Positions 10,988-24,162 of a DNA stretch of 64,000 nucleotides are shown piece by piece. The notes beneath the pieces were generated by a model, which was not told where the DNA came from, did not search any database, and saw nothing but the letters and a program-made list of their open reading frames with translations. The translations under genes and the position numbers were made by a program. The DNA comes from Eledone cirrhosa (Eukaryota): NCBI GenBank assembly GCA_964016885.1, contig OZ024741.1:266910001-266974000 (forward strand), in the 5' to 3' direction. Position 1 is the first letter of the stretch. Each line of letters starts with the position of its first letter.

Positions 10988-13900
10988 GGTGCAGGAATAG
11001 CTGTGTGGTTAAGGATTTAGCTATAGATACAGACATGGCTGTGTGGTTAAGGTGTTAGCTATAGATACAGGTGTGGCTGTGTGGTTAAGGATTTAGCTAT
11101 AGATACAGACATGGCTGTGTGGTTAAGGTGTTAGCTATAGATACAGACATGGCTGTGTGGTTAAGGTGTTAGCTATAGATACAGACATGGCTGTGTGGTT
11201 GAGGATTTAGCTATAGATACAGACATGGCTGTGTGGTCAAGGTGTTAGCTATAGATACAGGTGTGGTTGTGTGGTTAAGGTGTTAGCTATAGATACAGAC
11301 ATGGCTGTGTGATTAAGGTGTTAGCTATAGATACAGACATGGCTGTGTGATTAAGGTGTTAGCTATAGATACAGACATGGCTGTGTGGTTAAGGTGTTAG
11401 CTATAGATACAGGTATGGCTGTGTGGTTAAGGTGTTAGCTATAGATACAGGTGTGGCTGTGTGATTAAGGCGTTAGCTATAGATACAGACATGGCTGTGT
11501 GATTAAGGTGTTAGCTATAGATACAGACATGGCTGTGTGGTTAAGGTGTTAGCTATAGATACAGACATGGCTGTGTGATTAAGGTGTTAGCTATAGATAC
11601 AGGTGTGGCTGTGTGATTAAGGTGTTAGCTATAGATACAGACATGGCTGTGTGGTTAAGGTGTTAGCTATAGATACAGACATGGCTGTGTGATTAAGGTG
11701 TTAGCTATAGATACAGGTGTGGCTGTGTGATTAAGGTGTTAGCTATAGATACAGGTGTGGCTGTGTGATTAAGGTGTTAGCTATAGATACAGGTGTGGCT
11801 GTGTGATTAAGGTGTTAGCTATAGATACAGACATGGCTGTGTGATTAAGGTGTTAGCTATAGATACAGACATGGCTGTGTGGTTAAGGTGTTAGCTATAG
11901 ATACAGGTGTGGCTGTGTGATTAAGGTGTTAGCTATAGATACAGACATGGCTGTGTGGTTAAGGTGTTAGCTATAGATACAGGTGTGGCTGTGTGGTTAA
12001 GGTGTTAGCTATAGATACAGGTGTGGCTGTGTGGTTAAGGTGTTAGCTATAGATACAGGTATGGCTGTGTGATTAAGGTGTTAGCTATAGATACAGGTAT
12101 GGCTGTGTGGTTAAGGTGTTAGCTATAGATACAGACATGGCTGTGTGGTTAAGGTGTTAGCTATAGATACAGGTGTGGCTGTGTGATTAAGGTGTTAGCT
12201 ATAGATACAGACATGGCTGTGTGGTTAAGGTGTTAGCTATAGATACAGGTGTGGCTGTGTGATTAAGGTGTGGCTGTGTGGTTAAGGTGTTAGCTATAGT
12301 AAGAGGTGTGGCTGTGTGATTAAGGTGTTAGCTATAGATACAGGTGTGGCTGTGTGGTTAAGGTGTTAGCTATAGATACAGGTGTGGCTGTGTGGTTAAG
12401 GTGTTAGCTATAGATACAGACATGGCTGTGTGATTAAGGTGTTAGCTATAGATACAGACATGGCTGTGTGGTTAAGGTGTTAGCTATAGATACAGGTGTG
12501 GCCGTGTGATTAAGGTGTTAGCTATAGGTACAGGTGTGGCTGTGTGGTTAAGGTGTTAGCTATAGATACAGACATGGCTGTGTGGTTAAGGTGTTATCTA
12601 TAGAAAGAGGTGTGGCTGTGTGATTAAGGTGTTAGCTATAGATACAGACATGGCTGTGTGGTTAAGGTGTTAGCTATAGATACAGGTATGGCTGTGTGGT
12701 TAAGGTGTTAGCTATAGATACAGGTATGGCTGTGTGGTTAAGGTGTTAGCTATAGATACAGACATGGCTGTGTGGTTAAGGTGTTAGCTATAGATACAGG
12801 TGTGGCTGTGTGATTAAGGTGTGGCTGTGTGGTTAAGGTGTTAGCTATAGTAAGAGGTGTGGCTGTGTGATTAAGGTGTTAGCTATAGATACAGGTGTGG
12901 CTGTGTGGTTAAGGTGTTAGCTATAGATACAGACATGGCTGTGTGATTAAGGTGTTAGCTATAGATACAGGTGTGGCTGTGTGGTTAAGGTGTTAGCTAT
13001 AGATACAGGTGTGGCTGTGTGGTTAAGGGGTTAGCTATAGATACAGTTATGGCTGTGTGATTAAGGTATTAGCTATAGATACAGGTGTGGTTGTGTGGTT
13101 AAGGTGTTAGCTATAGATACAGATATGGCTGTGTGGTTAAGGTGTTAGCTATAGATACAGGTGTGGTTGTGTGATTAAGTTGTTAGCTATAGATACAGAT
13201 ATGGCTGTGTGGTTAAGGTATTAGCTATAGATACAGGTGTGGTTGTGTGATTAAGTTGTTAGCTATAGATACAGACATGGCTGTGTGGTTAAGGTGTTAG
13301 CTATAGATACAGGTATGGATGTGTGGTTAAGGTGTTTGCTATAGATACAGGTATGGATGTGTGGTTAACGTGTTAGCTATAGATACAGACATGGCTGTGT
13401 GGTTAAGGTGTTAGCTATAGATACAGACATGGCTGTGTGATTAAGGTGTTAGCTATAGATACAGGTATGGATGTGTGGTTAAGGTGTTAGCTATAGATAC
13501 AGACATGGCTATGTGATTAAGGTGTTAGCTATAGATACAGGTGTGGCTGTGTGATTAAGGTATTAGCTATAGATACAGATATGGCTGTGTGATTAAGGTG
13601 TTAGCTATAGATACAGGCATGGCTGTGTGGTTAAGGTGTTAGCTATAGATACAGGTATGGCTGTGTGGTGAAGGTGTTAGCTATAGATACAGACATGGCT
13701 GTGTGATTAAGGTGTTAGCTATAGATACAGACATGACTGTGATTAAGGTGTTAGCTATAGATACAGGTGTGGCTGTGTGGTTAAGGTGTTAGCTATAGAT
13801 ACAGGTGTGGCTGTGTGGTTAAGGTGTTAGTTATAGATACAGACATGGCTGTGTGGTTAAGGTGTTAGCTATAGATACAGACATGGCTGTGTGGTTAAGG

Positions 13901-15203
13901 TGTTAGCTATAGATACAGACATGGCTGTGTGGTTAAGGTGTTAGCTATAGATACAGGTGTGGTTGTGTGGTTAAGGTGTTAGCTATAGATACAGACATGT
14001 CTGTGTGGTTAAGGTATTAGCTATAGATACAGACATGGCTGTGTGATTAAGGTGTTAGCTATAGATACAGACATGGCTGTGTGATTAAGGTGTTAGCTAT
14101 AGATACAGGTGTGGTTGTGTGGTTAAGGTGTTAGCTATAGATACAGGTGTGGCTGTGTGGTTAAGGTGTTAGCTATAGATACAGGTGTGGTTGTGTGGTT
14201 AAGGTGTCAGCTATAGATACAGGTGTGGTTGTGTGGTTAAGGTGTTAGCTATAGATACAGGTGTGGTTGTGTGGTTAAGGTATTAGCTATAGATACAGAC
14301 ATGGCTGTGTGGTTAAGGTATTAGCTATAGATACAGACATGGCTGTGTAGTTAAGGTGTTAGCTATAGATACAGGTGTGGTTATGTGGTTAAGGTGTTAG
14401 CTATAGATACAGACATGGCTGTGTGGTTAAGGTATTAGCTATAGATACAGACATGGCTGTGTGGTTAAGGTGTTAACTATAGATACAGGTGTGGTTGTGT
14501 GGTTAAGGTGTTAGCTATAGATACAGGTGTGCCTGTGTGGTTAAGGTGTTAGCTATAGATACAGGTGTGGCTGTGTGATTAAGGTGTTAGCTATAGATAC
14601 AGGTGTGGCTGTGTGGTTAAGGTGTTAGCTATAGATACAGGTATAGCTCTGTGGTTAAGGTATTAGCTATAGATACAGGTATGGCTGTGTGGTTAAGGTG
14701 TTAGCTATAGATACAGGTGTGGCTGTGTGATTAAGCTGTTAGCTATAGATACAGGTATGGCTGTGTGGTTAAGGTGTTAGCTATAGATACAGGTGTGGCT
14801 GTGTGATTAAGGTGTTAGCTATAGATACAGACATGGCTGTGTGATTAAGGTGTTAGCTATAGATACAGACATGGCTGTGTGGTTAAGGTGTTAGCTATAG
14901 ATACAGGTGTGGCTGTGTGGTTAAGGTGTTAGCTATAGATACAGGTGTGGCTGTGTGATTAAGGTGTTAGCTATAGATACAGGTGTGGCTGTGTGGTTAA
15001 GGTGTTAGCTATAGATACAGTTGTGGCTGTGTGGTTAAGGTGTTAGCTATAGATACAGGTATGGCTGTGTGATTAAGGTGTTAGCTATAGATCCAGGTGT
15101 GGCTGTGTGATTAAGGTGTTAGCTATAGATACAGGTATGGCTGTGTGGTTAGGGTGTTAGCTATAGATACAGACATGGCTGTGTGGTCAAGGAGTTAGCT
15201 ATA
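10988..15203. repeat. 38-bp minisatellite, ~110 copies (GCTATAGATACAGACATGGCTGTGTGGTTAAGGTGTTA)
   Basis: Direct tandem repetition across ~4.2 kb of an RGS12 intron. Confidence 0.98.
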
Positions 15204-15264
15204 AAAAGTTTGTTCCATAAAATGTTTGTTGTAATATTTTCCATTTGTTTTGTTATATTTACAG

Positions 15265-15438
15265 TCAAGGCATGGCTGTGAAGACCTCAGGTTTTGTCGT
15301 GTTCTTCTCCCAGACAACTCCACAGCTGTTGTCTGTGCCAAGTATGGCCAGCCTATCCAACAAGTGTTGATTCACCTTTTTGACAAACGTAGCCTGACTC
15401 TTGAGTCTACAGAAGTATTTCTTGTGGGATCTGACAAG
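15265..15438 (+). CDS. RGS12: RGS12/loco-like exon (Ras-binding domain 1)
   Basis: ttacag acceptor, GTTAGT donor, phase 0/0. FCRVLLPDNSTAVVCAKYGQPIQQVL is an RBD pattern. Confidence 0.9.
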
Positions 15439-15519
15439 GTTAGTGAAACCAATCATCTTTGTATATACAGATTTCTGGATGTGTCTGTAGTTTTAGATAA
15501 CTATAAACACAGAAGGTTC

Positions 15520-15990
15520 TCCGAGAGCATGATAGCTAGAATAAAGATAGGATGGAAGAAGTTTATAGAGCTACTCACACTGTTGAGTAATGTAATGAAT
15601 CACGAGCAGTGACTGCTGAAGACATGCTTTGACTTAAGAGAAATGAAGCAACCATGCTTTGTTGGAAGTGCAGTGTATGTGTGAGAGAAAAGCAGAGCTT
15701 GAATGAACTGTGTTTAAGAGGAATCAGAAGTGGTATGCAAGATAGAAACTGTGTCGGTCCAGGCATGTGATACACATGGATGAAGAATTACCAGGAAATC
15801 CCAGTGGAAGCAAGCTGCAGTAGAGGTAGACAAAGGAAGACCTGGGCAGAAGTGGTGGGAACTGATTTTAAATTGTTGAGACTCACAGAGGAGATGATGA
15901 AGGAATGTGGCAAGTGGAGAGATGCAGTGGTGAAAAGGACCCATCCAACCCATGCAAGCGTGGAAAGATGGACATGAAAATGATGATGAT
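15520..15990 (+). mobile_element. Decayed RTE 3' fragment
   Basis: IARIKIGWKKF..RGRQRKTWAEVV.., RTE 3' end and (GAT)n tail. Confidence 0.85.
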
Positions 15991-16339
15991 AAACTCCTTC
16001 CTTACCATATTTCTAATGGAAGATAATGTCAATGCTTTTCAAATAATTTTGAAAATAATCATGAATTTTGAGCGTTTTAGTAATATAACTTTCTCAATAT
16101 TAAACTAGTATTTGATAGGAAGATGTTAGATAAATATAACCAGTTGTGAGAAAGTTAGTAAGCATTATGCAGATCCCCAGCCCATCTGAGAAGTCAGTAG
16201 CTCTGCTTGATCACTAACTTGGACCCATCCAACCCTTGCAAGCAGAGAAAATGGATATTAATTGATGTTGTTGATGATGATGTTGATGAGTGTGCCTGAA
16301 ACTTTTCTTTTTACTTATTCATTTTTATTATATTTCTAC

Positions 16340-17780
16340 CATGTAGGTTGGTAGATTGGCAGAATCGGTAGAGCGTCAGACACTAAGCTTTGCAGCATAG
16401 AGTTATGGCTCTTTACGTTCTCAGTTCAAATCCCTCCTAGGTTAATTTTGCCTTTCATCCTTATGGGTCGATAAAATAAAGCACCAGTAATGCACTGGGG
16501 AAATTGCTGGCCTTGTGCCAAAAGTAGAAACAATGTTATATTTCTACCATGTATATTTCTGTGACAATATTTCTAGACAATGATGTGTTGGTAATGATAT
16601 TATTCTAGCCACTAGATTTATCTGAAGACATGTCAACTCTTGGATCTAAAGAAGTTCTTGTGGAACGGCGAACGTTCTTCCATGTTGAGCTACCAACACA
16701 GAAAATCATCGGAGTGAAAGCAAAGCCAAATAAATTGATATATGATGTATTCCGTCCCATTCTTCAGAAGTATGGCTACAAGATCGACAACGTCAGTCTT
16801 CAGTTGGTGAGTGCAACACTTGTTTTAGTAATATAACTTTCTCAATATTAAACTAGTATTTGATAGGAAGATGTTTTTATTATTTTTATTATTTTTATTA
16901 TTTTTATTATTTTTCTGGAGTTGATAAAATAAAGCACGAGAGATGCATTGGGCTCAATTTAATTGACTTTCCCCTCCCCTTCAAATTGCTGGCCTTGTGC
17001 ATAAAATAGAAATAATTATTTTTATAATGACTATTATTATTATGGCAGTAGATTGGCAATATTGGCAGAGCACTGGATAACATGTTTTGCAACATATAGT
17101 TACAGCCCTTTACATTCTGAGTTAAAATCCTGCTGAGGTTAGCTTTGACTTTCATCCATACGGAGTCGATAAATATAAAGTACCAGTAACGCACTGGGAT
17201 CAATTTAACCGACTTTCCCCTTTCCTTCAAATTACTGGCCTTGTGCCTAATGTAGAAACAATTATTATTAATTTGTAAGAGCAGGGGATTGGCAGTTTAG
17301 GTAGGGCAGGGGATTAGCAGCTTAGGTAAGGTAGGGGATTAGCAGTTTTGGTAGGTCAGTGGATTGGCAGTTTAGGTAGGGCATCAAATAACAGGCTTTG
17401 CAACATATAGTTGCATTCTGAGTTCATATCACACCAAGGATCTTTGCCTTTCATCCTTACATGGTTGATAAAATAAAGTACCAGTAATGGCACTGCAGTT
17501 GATTTAATCGATTTTCCACTTCCCAAAAATTGTTAGCCTTGTGTCTAAATCAGAAGCCATTATTAATTAGTAAGGGTGGCAGAATTGACAGAATCATTAG
17601 TGTGTAGGACAAAATGCTTTGCAGCATTTAGTTACAATTGTTTATGAACTGAGTTCAAATCCCACTGATGTCAATTTTACCTTTCATCCTCCTGGGGTTG
17701 ATAAAATCATGTCCCAGTCTGGGCTGGTATAATTGATTCCCTCCATCCTCAAACTGTTAGCCTTGTGCCAATGTTAGAAA
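16340..17780. mobile_element. Cluster of old tRNA-derived SINEs (second family) on both sides of an exon
   Basis: Repeated ggcagaat..gagttcaaat..cctttcatcc..gtcgataaaataaagtaccagt..ttgctggccttgtg..tagaaac modules at ~16345, ~16910, ~17040, ~17370 and ~17575. Also seen at ~10380 and ~21075(-). Confidence 0.7.
16609..16806 (+). CDS. RGS12: RGS12/loco-like exon (RBD1 end / RBD2)
   Basis: ttctag acceptor, GTGAGT donor. PLDLSEDMSTLGSKEVLVERRTFFHVELPTQKIIGVKAKPNK..RPILQKYGY is typical of the RGS12/14/loco tandem RBD. Confidence 0.92.
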
Positions 17781-18112
17781 GAACTGATACCATTATAGTG
17801 ATAATGTAGGAGATGGTTGTAAGTTTGAGTCCCTCAATTGGCACTGCCTTCTTTTTTCCATCTCCAGGGGCTTATTTATATGCCTAACTTGTTAGACCAT
17901 TTTTCATATATATAAATACTCATGAAATGACTGGAGCTCCTGTCATTAAAACACCCAAGAAACTTCCAATCAGATGCAGTCTTGTGGGAGGCCAGCTAAC
18001 CCTACGTAGGTGTGAACTGTAAACTTCATTTTTTTTTTTTTCTGTTTCTGTAATGGGGATGACAATGAGTTTTATTTCTTTCATCATCTCTGTCTTCATC
18101 TTTCTATTGCAG

Positions 18113-18203
18113 ACCTCTGACCAAGGGGCAGTAGATCTACAGATCCCAGTTTCACGTATCAGTGACCAGCAGGTTCTGGTTGTACCTAAAGAGGACATTT
18201 TAG
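18113..18203 (+). CDS. RGS12: RGS12/loco-like exon (end of RBD2)
   Basis: ttgcag acceptor, GTTAGT donor, phase 0/1. TSDQGAVDLQIPVSRISDQQVLVVPKEDIL. Confidence 0.85.
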
Positions 18204-18459
18204 GTTAGTGTTTACACCATCATCATAATTATCATTGCCATCATCATCGCTATCATTACTGCCACCATCATCATCAACATCCCTGCTATCACTAACATCA
18301 CCAGTGTTGCAACCCACCTCCTTCATAATTGACATGCTAGAAATATCAGCCAAATTTCCCTCATATCACATCATACATACCATTTTAGAAAAGAAAATAA
18401 GAACACATTGGATGACGTAGTCGTAAATAGACTATGTAATATATATAAATATATATGTA

Positions 18460-18560
18460 CACACAGTGTCCCCCAAAAATGTATACACACTTTGATTACC
18501 TGGACAGGTAATATTAGCATGCTGTTGAAGTGTGAATGCATTTTTGGGGGACACCCTGTA
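18460..18560. mobile_element. ~100-bp Tc1/mariner-type MITE
   Basis: Inverted ends gtgtcccccaaaaatg / catttttgggggacaccctg followed by TA. Confidence 0.65.
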
Positions 18561-18902
18561 TATATATATAAAGAGTGCTATGTATGCTCATACAGGGAGA
18601 ATCTATAAAATAATTTATAAAATAGGGTGAAAACCCTTAGAAACAGAAAAAGAAGTTGCCATTGGTCACTACGAGGAATTGAACCTTGTATCTCCCAGAA
18701 ACTGGCTAGGTGCTTTGAAGCTCAGGGTGCGTGACAACTCTTACCACCTTGAATTAGGTAGCTGATTCACAGCTTTTGAATGTAGACAAACATCATATAT
18801 ACATAGCTGGTCTCTTGGACTTTTACAAAGCGCTGAGGGGATAAAGTTAATATAAAGTGTGGTGTGCTAGTGTGTGGAGATGCTATAAAATAACTATATA
18901 TA

Positions 18903-19045
18903 TCATCATCATCATCATTTCATTTTACGTCCGCTTTTTCCTTGCTTGCAAGGGTGGGACGGGAACTGATGCTGGCTTGATTTCTACAGCTGGATGCCCT
19001 TCCTAACACCAACCTCATTTACAGTGAGTGCTGGGTGCTTTTTTG
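18903..19045 (-). mobile_element. 5'-truncated SINE (RTE-derived 3' body)
   Basis: Matches the 3' half of the SINE at 41196-41541, with a (CAT)n tail on the plus strand. Confidence 0.8.
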
Positions 19046-19395
19046 CCGTGGCACCTCCACGACCACTTATATATTCAATCAGCTCGCAAACACAACAACA
19101 CCTAGTACACTCTGTAAAGTGGTTGACATTCGAAAAGTCATCCGGCTGCAGAAAACTTGCAAAGCAAAGGGTTGTGAGGACTCTTCAGTAGTATCAAGGG
19201 TATAACAACCTCCCTAGTGCTTGTGTTGCAATAAAATACACCCAGTGCATCCTGTAAAGTGTTGGAACATGTGTACAATTCAGGTCCCCTGTTCTGCTTG
19301 ATTAGTTAGTAACTCTCATTAACTACTGACTTGGTCTGTGACCTGTCCAACCCATGCCAGCATGGAAAAGCTAGCTTTAAATGATGATGATGATG

Positions 19396-20235
19396 AATGT
19401 GTGTGTACATATGTTATCAAATGTATGTGTATACATGTACATATGTTATCAAATGTATGTGTGTGTACATATGTTAAGAAATGTATGTGTGTGTACATAT
19501 GTTATCAAATGTATGTGCATGTGTGTGCATATATGTTACGAAATGTATGTGCACATGTGTGCATATATGTTACGAAATGTATGTGCATGGGTGTGCATAT
19601 ATGTTAAGAAATGTATGTGCATGTGTGTATATATGTTAAGAAATGTATGTGCATGTGTGCATATATGTTACGAAATGTATGTGCATGTGTGTGTATATAT
19701 GTTAAGAAATGTATGTGCATGTGTGTATATATGTTAAGAAATGTATGTGCATGTGTGCATATATGTTACGAAATGTATGTGCATGTGTGCATATATGTTA
19801 AGAAATGTATGTGCATGTGTGCATATATGTTAAGAAATGTATGTGCATGTGTGTGCATATATGTTAAGAAATGTATGTGCATGTGTGTATATATGTTAAG
19901 AAATGTATGTGCATGTGTGTGTATATATGTTAAGAAATGTGTGTGCATATATGTTAAGAAATGTATGTGCATGTGTGTATATATGTTAAGAAATGTATGT
20001 GCATGTGTGCATATATGTTAAGAAATGTATGTGCATGTGTGCATATATGTTAAGAAATGTATGTGCATGTGTGTATATATGTTAAGAAATGTATGTGCAT
20101 GTGTGCATATATGTTACGAAATGTATGTGCATGTGTGCATATATGTTACGAAATGTATGTGCATGTGTGCATATATGTTAAGAAATGTATGTGCATGTGT
20201 GCATATATGTTAAGAAATGTATGTGCATGTGCGCA
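19396..20235. repeat. 32-34-bp minisatellite (ATATATGTTAAGAAATGTATGTGCATGTGTGC)
   Basis: Tandem repetition starting directly after a (GAT)n retro-tail. Confidence 0.95.
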
Positions 20236-21693
20236 CAAGAGCATTGATGGTGTTGACAATCATGACAACATAAGTGTTGATCGTGTCAGTGGAACATTTG
20301 TGTTTATGTCAAAAATAGAACATATTGAGCAAGACATGTACACCCAGTACACTCTGTAAAGTTGTTGGTAAGAAAAGCATCCGGTTGTAGAAACTATGCC
20401 AAAACTAGAGCAATATAAAATGAAGAGCCTTGCTCAAGAACACAATATGTGAGCCCAGCCAACACCTTAACCACTACTCCAGGCACCAGCTTGCAAAAAC
20501 ATGTAAAATGAATATGATGATGATGATGGTGATTTTTTAACATTGCCAATTTTAGTGAAATCACAAGATACTGTTAGAATAATTGGCAGATCTTTCCAGA
20601 AAGGTGGAACTACAAGAGTATTTTTAGTGTCAGGAAGGTGGTGAATTGGAGGTGTTAGGGCCTCAGACATATTACCTTGTAGTATTTAATCCAATTCTGA
20701 GTTCAAATCCCACCATAGTCAGTTTATCATTTCATGATTAATAAATAAAATACTAGTTTAACCCTTTTGACAGTAAACTGCCTGAAATCACCCTACGATA
20801 GAAAACTGTTTGTTTTTAATTGTTTATATTTCTTTAAAAACTTTACATTATAATTTTATGTAAGAATTTTTGTTCCAAACACCAATTTGATAATGAGAAG
20901 GTCCCCTGTTCTGCTTGATTAGTCATATTAGTCATATTATTAAATTCTTCCAAATTATTATTTTCAATTAGATATGTGATTATGAAAGAGTTAAAGTGAT
21001 TATATTTATCTAAAAACCTTCTGACATAAATTTATGTTAGAAAGTTAGTTATGTTCTAGACACCTATATATTAATGGTTTCTGATTTAGGCATGAGGCCA
21101 ACAATTTTGGGGAGGAGAAAGTCGATTAGATCGACCCCAGTACATTACTAGTACTTTATTTTATCGACCCCGTAAGGACAAAAGACAAAGTTAACCTCAG
21201 CAGGATTTGAACACAGAATGTAAAGGGGCATAACTCTGCTGCAAAACATGTCCGATGCTCTACCGATAAATGAGAATGTTAATTATATTAGTAAATCCAT
21301 CGAAATTTTTTATTATTTTCTAAATGATTGAAAATCGTAGACTTGCCTTTTATTAGAAATATGGTAATGAAAAGGGTTGATGTGTTTATATTTATCTAAA
21401 AACCTTCCATCACCTTCCGATTTAATGTACTTTTGTTGTTCCAAACTGAACAAATTATTATTATTTGAGAATCTTAGGCAGTGTCTTTCATTAGAAATGG
21501 TTAAGGTGGTAAACTGACAGAATCATTAAAGCCCTGGAGTGGTTGCCTTGCAGTATTTGTTCTGACATTAAATCATTATTTTGTGGTTCCTAATATTTAC
21601 GTTTGTTTATATATTTGGTATTAATTATGTTGTTGTTGTTGTGATGGAAACCCTGTCTCCTATCTGATGACTTGCATGCTTGTTCTCTATCAG

Positions 21694-22211
21694 AGAGACC
21701 TGGTGACAACTGCCGACCCCAAACGGTTCCTTTGACCCTTGTTACTGTGGCAACTGATTCCTCCGTTCCAGCTCTTGTCCTGCATGCTACTACTACCACT
21801 ACTACTTCTACTACTACTGCTACTACTAGTATTACTACTACCACTACTACTATTAGTGCTACAACTACTACCACTACAACTCATGCTGTTGTCAGTCCTG
21901 CGGCTGACACTGGACGGAAGCTGTGGTCAGACGGGCCAAATGGCCATTCTGTACTGTCACCACCACCACCACCATGGATTAATGACCACACTCTCAATAC
22001 CAGCTGTGGGGACGGCGACAGCGATGCTGACACTGTTGCCGCTAGCAACCGTCGTGCAGCACGTCTGTCGCAGTCAGCATCGCTGGAAGAGATTACTAAC
22101 AAGGTGTTTGAAGACTTAATGTATGGCAAGTCAGCTGGATGTGTGACACCAGTGTCAACAGCAGGGGGGGCTCTGTGCCACAACAACCACCTCAACCCAA
22201 ACCGAGACCAG
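21694..22211 (+). CDS. RGS12: RGS12/loco-like exon (Thr-rich, low complexity)
   Basis: tatcag acceptor in phase 1, matching the previous exon. Open frame including LSQSASLEEITNKVFEDLMYGK. CAG|GTAGGT donor. Confidence 0.75.
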
Positions 22212-22700
22212 GTAGGTGTTGTTCATTAACATTGCGCCACGCTGCATGCAACCTCTCCTTCCTCCACCTATTCTATGTGTCTTGCTCACCCCACTCCTCC
22301 TTCCTTATGGTTGTTGTTGTTGATGTTTATTGTTGCATGTTTTTTTAATGTCCCTCTCCCCTCTTGTATCTTAAAACACCCTGCAATCCTTGCTGCACTC
22401 TAATTTTGCTTATTTTACTTTTTGCGTTTATAATTTTTCTATATTTCTATATTTATTTGCTTATTTTATTGTTTATATTTCAATTACATCCACTACCAGC
22501 CATCACCCCCCCCCCCCTACTTCCTTGTAAGATTCTGTTTTATCACTTAAACCCTCTTCATACCAACCCACCTAAACCAACTCCTGTTCTATGACATAAA
22601 ACCACCCATTTTAAAGTGTTCCTTTCTACATTAAAATCTAACAAATTTTGGTCATGAAATTCTAGTAAATTCCAAAAAATTCTTCATTGGTTGTTGTTGT

Positions 22701-22743
<43 letters not shown>

Positions 22744-22806
22744 TTCTGTCTGTCTCTCTCACTCTCATTCTCTCTGTTGTTGCCTGTCTCACCCCCACTC
22801 TCACAG

Positions 22807-22839
<33 letters not shown>

Positions 22840-22873
22840 CTCCCCTTTCACTGCCTCTCTTTCTCTCCACCAG

Positions 22874-23096
22874 AAACAGGCAGCAGCAGCAGTAATATGC
22901 AGAGATCCAGCCGCCGCCGTTCGTCCCTGTTCGGTTACCTGCGTGGCACCGAGAAGAGAGTCAACAATAACAAAGGAAATCTGCGGTTGGTTGAGCCCCA
23001 CCCCGCAATTCCTCGACCTATATCCTGTGAACAACCACGGGAGGAGGCTTCCCCAGACCCAGAAGACAACTTCAGTTCACTGTAACAATTGGGAAG
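22874..23096 (+). CDS. RGS12: RGS12/loco-like exon (reading frame ambiguous)
   Basis: Strong pyrimidine tract + CAG, AAG|GTATGT donor. 223 bp converts phase 0 to phase 1, as the terminal exon requires. A second frame is open to a stop at 23085. Confidence 0.65.
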
Positions 23097-23119
23097 GTAT
23101 GTTTGCTATGATAAATGGT

Positions 23120-23770
23120 ATGATGTTGATGGTGGTGGTGGTGGTGGTGGTGGTGGTGGTGGGGTGTTGATGTTGATGGTAGGGGTGTTGATGGTGATGG
23201 TAGGGGTGTTGATGTTGATGGTGATGGTAGGGGTGTTGATGTTGATTGTGATGGTGATGGTAGGGGTGTTGATGTTGATTGTGATGGTGATGGTAGGGGT
23301 GTTGATGTTGATTGTGATGGTGATGGTAGGGGTGTTGATGTTGATTGTGATGGTGATGGTAGGGGTGTTGATGTTGATTGTGATGGTAGGGGTGTTGATG
23401 GTGATGGTAGGGGTGTTGATTGTGATGATGATGATGGTAGGGGTGTTGATTGTGATGATGATGATGGTAGGGGTGTTGATGTTGATTGTGATGGTAGGGG
23501 TGTTGATTGTGATGGTGATGGTAATCATGTTCATAGTGATTATTATGATGATGATGATAATGATGTTCATGATAGTGGTGGTGGTGGTGATGATAGTGAT
23601 GATGATTGTCGTGGTGGTAGTGGTAATAATGATGCTCATGATAGTGGTGGTGGTGTTGATTATAGTGATGATGGTGATAATAAATGTTATGTTCATGATA
23701 GTGATGATGATGATGATTGTGGTGGTGGTAATGGTGATAATAATAATGTTGGTGATGTTGATGATGATCA
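23120..23770. repeat. Compound (GGT)/(GAT) microsatellite and minisatellite
   Basis: Visible trinucleotide and ~27-bp higher-order repeats. Confidence 0.95.
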
Positions 23771-24114
23771 TCATCATTTCATCATCATCATTTTACGTCC
23801 GCTTTTTCCCTGCTTGCAAGGGTGGGACGGGAACTGATTCTGGCTTGATTTCTACAGCTGGATGCCCTTCCTAACACCAAACTCATTTACAGTGAGTGCT
23901 GGGTGCTTTTATGCCGTGGCACCTCCACGACCACTTTGCAGTGGAATGATAGGGACCCCAGCCCCTATCATCTCATTTCTACAGCTGAGTAAACTGGAGC
24001 AATGTGAAATAAAGTGTCTTGCTCAAGGAAACAACACATCACCCGGTCTGAGAATTGAACTCACAACCTTTCGATTGCAAGGCCAATGCTCTAACCACTA
24101 AGCCATGTGCCTCC
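23770..24114 (-). mobile_element. Full-length tRNA-SINE with RTE-derived body and tail
   Basis: Reverse complement of 41196-41541: A box TGGCTTAGTGG, B box GAGTTCAATTC. Confidence 0.9.
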
Positions 24115-24162
24115 ATGATGATGATGATGATGATGATGATTGTGTTTTTGTTTTTGTTTCAG

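Noticed and set aside
10988-15203. CRISPR-like regular array
   Set aside because: Head-to-tail 38-bp units with no unique spacers, no cas genes, and a eukaryotic intron context.
19338-20359. Cys/Val/Tyr/Met-rich ORFs
   Set aside because: Minisatellite translation.
23089-23874. 261-aa Met/Val-rich ORF and its antisense Ile/Thr ORF
   Set aside because: (GAT/GGT)n repeats within an intron.
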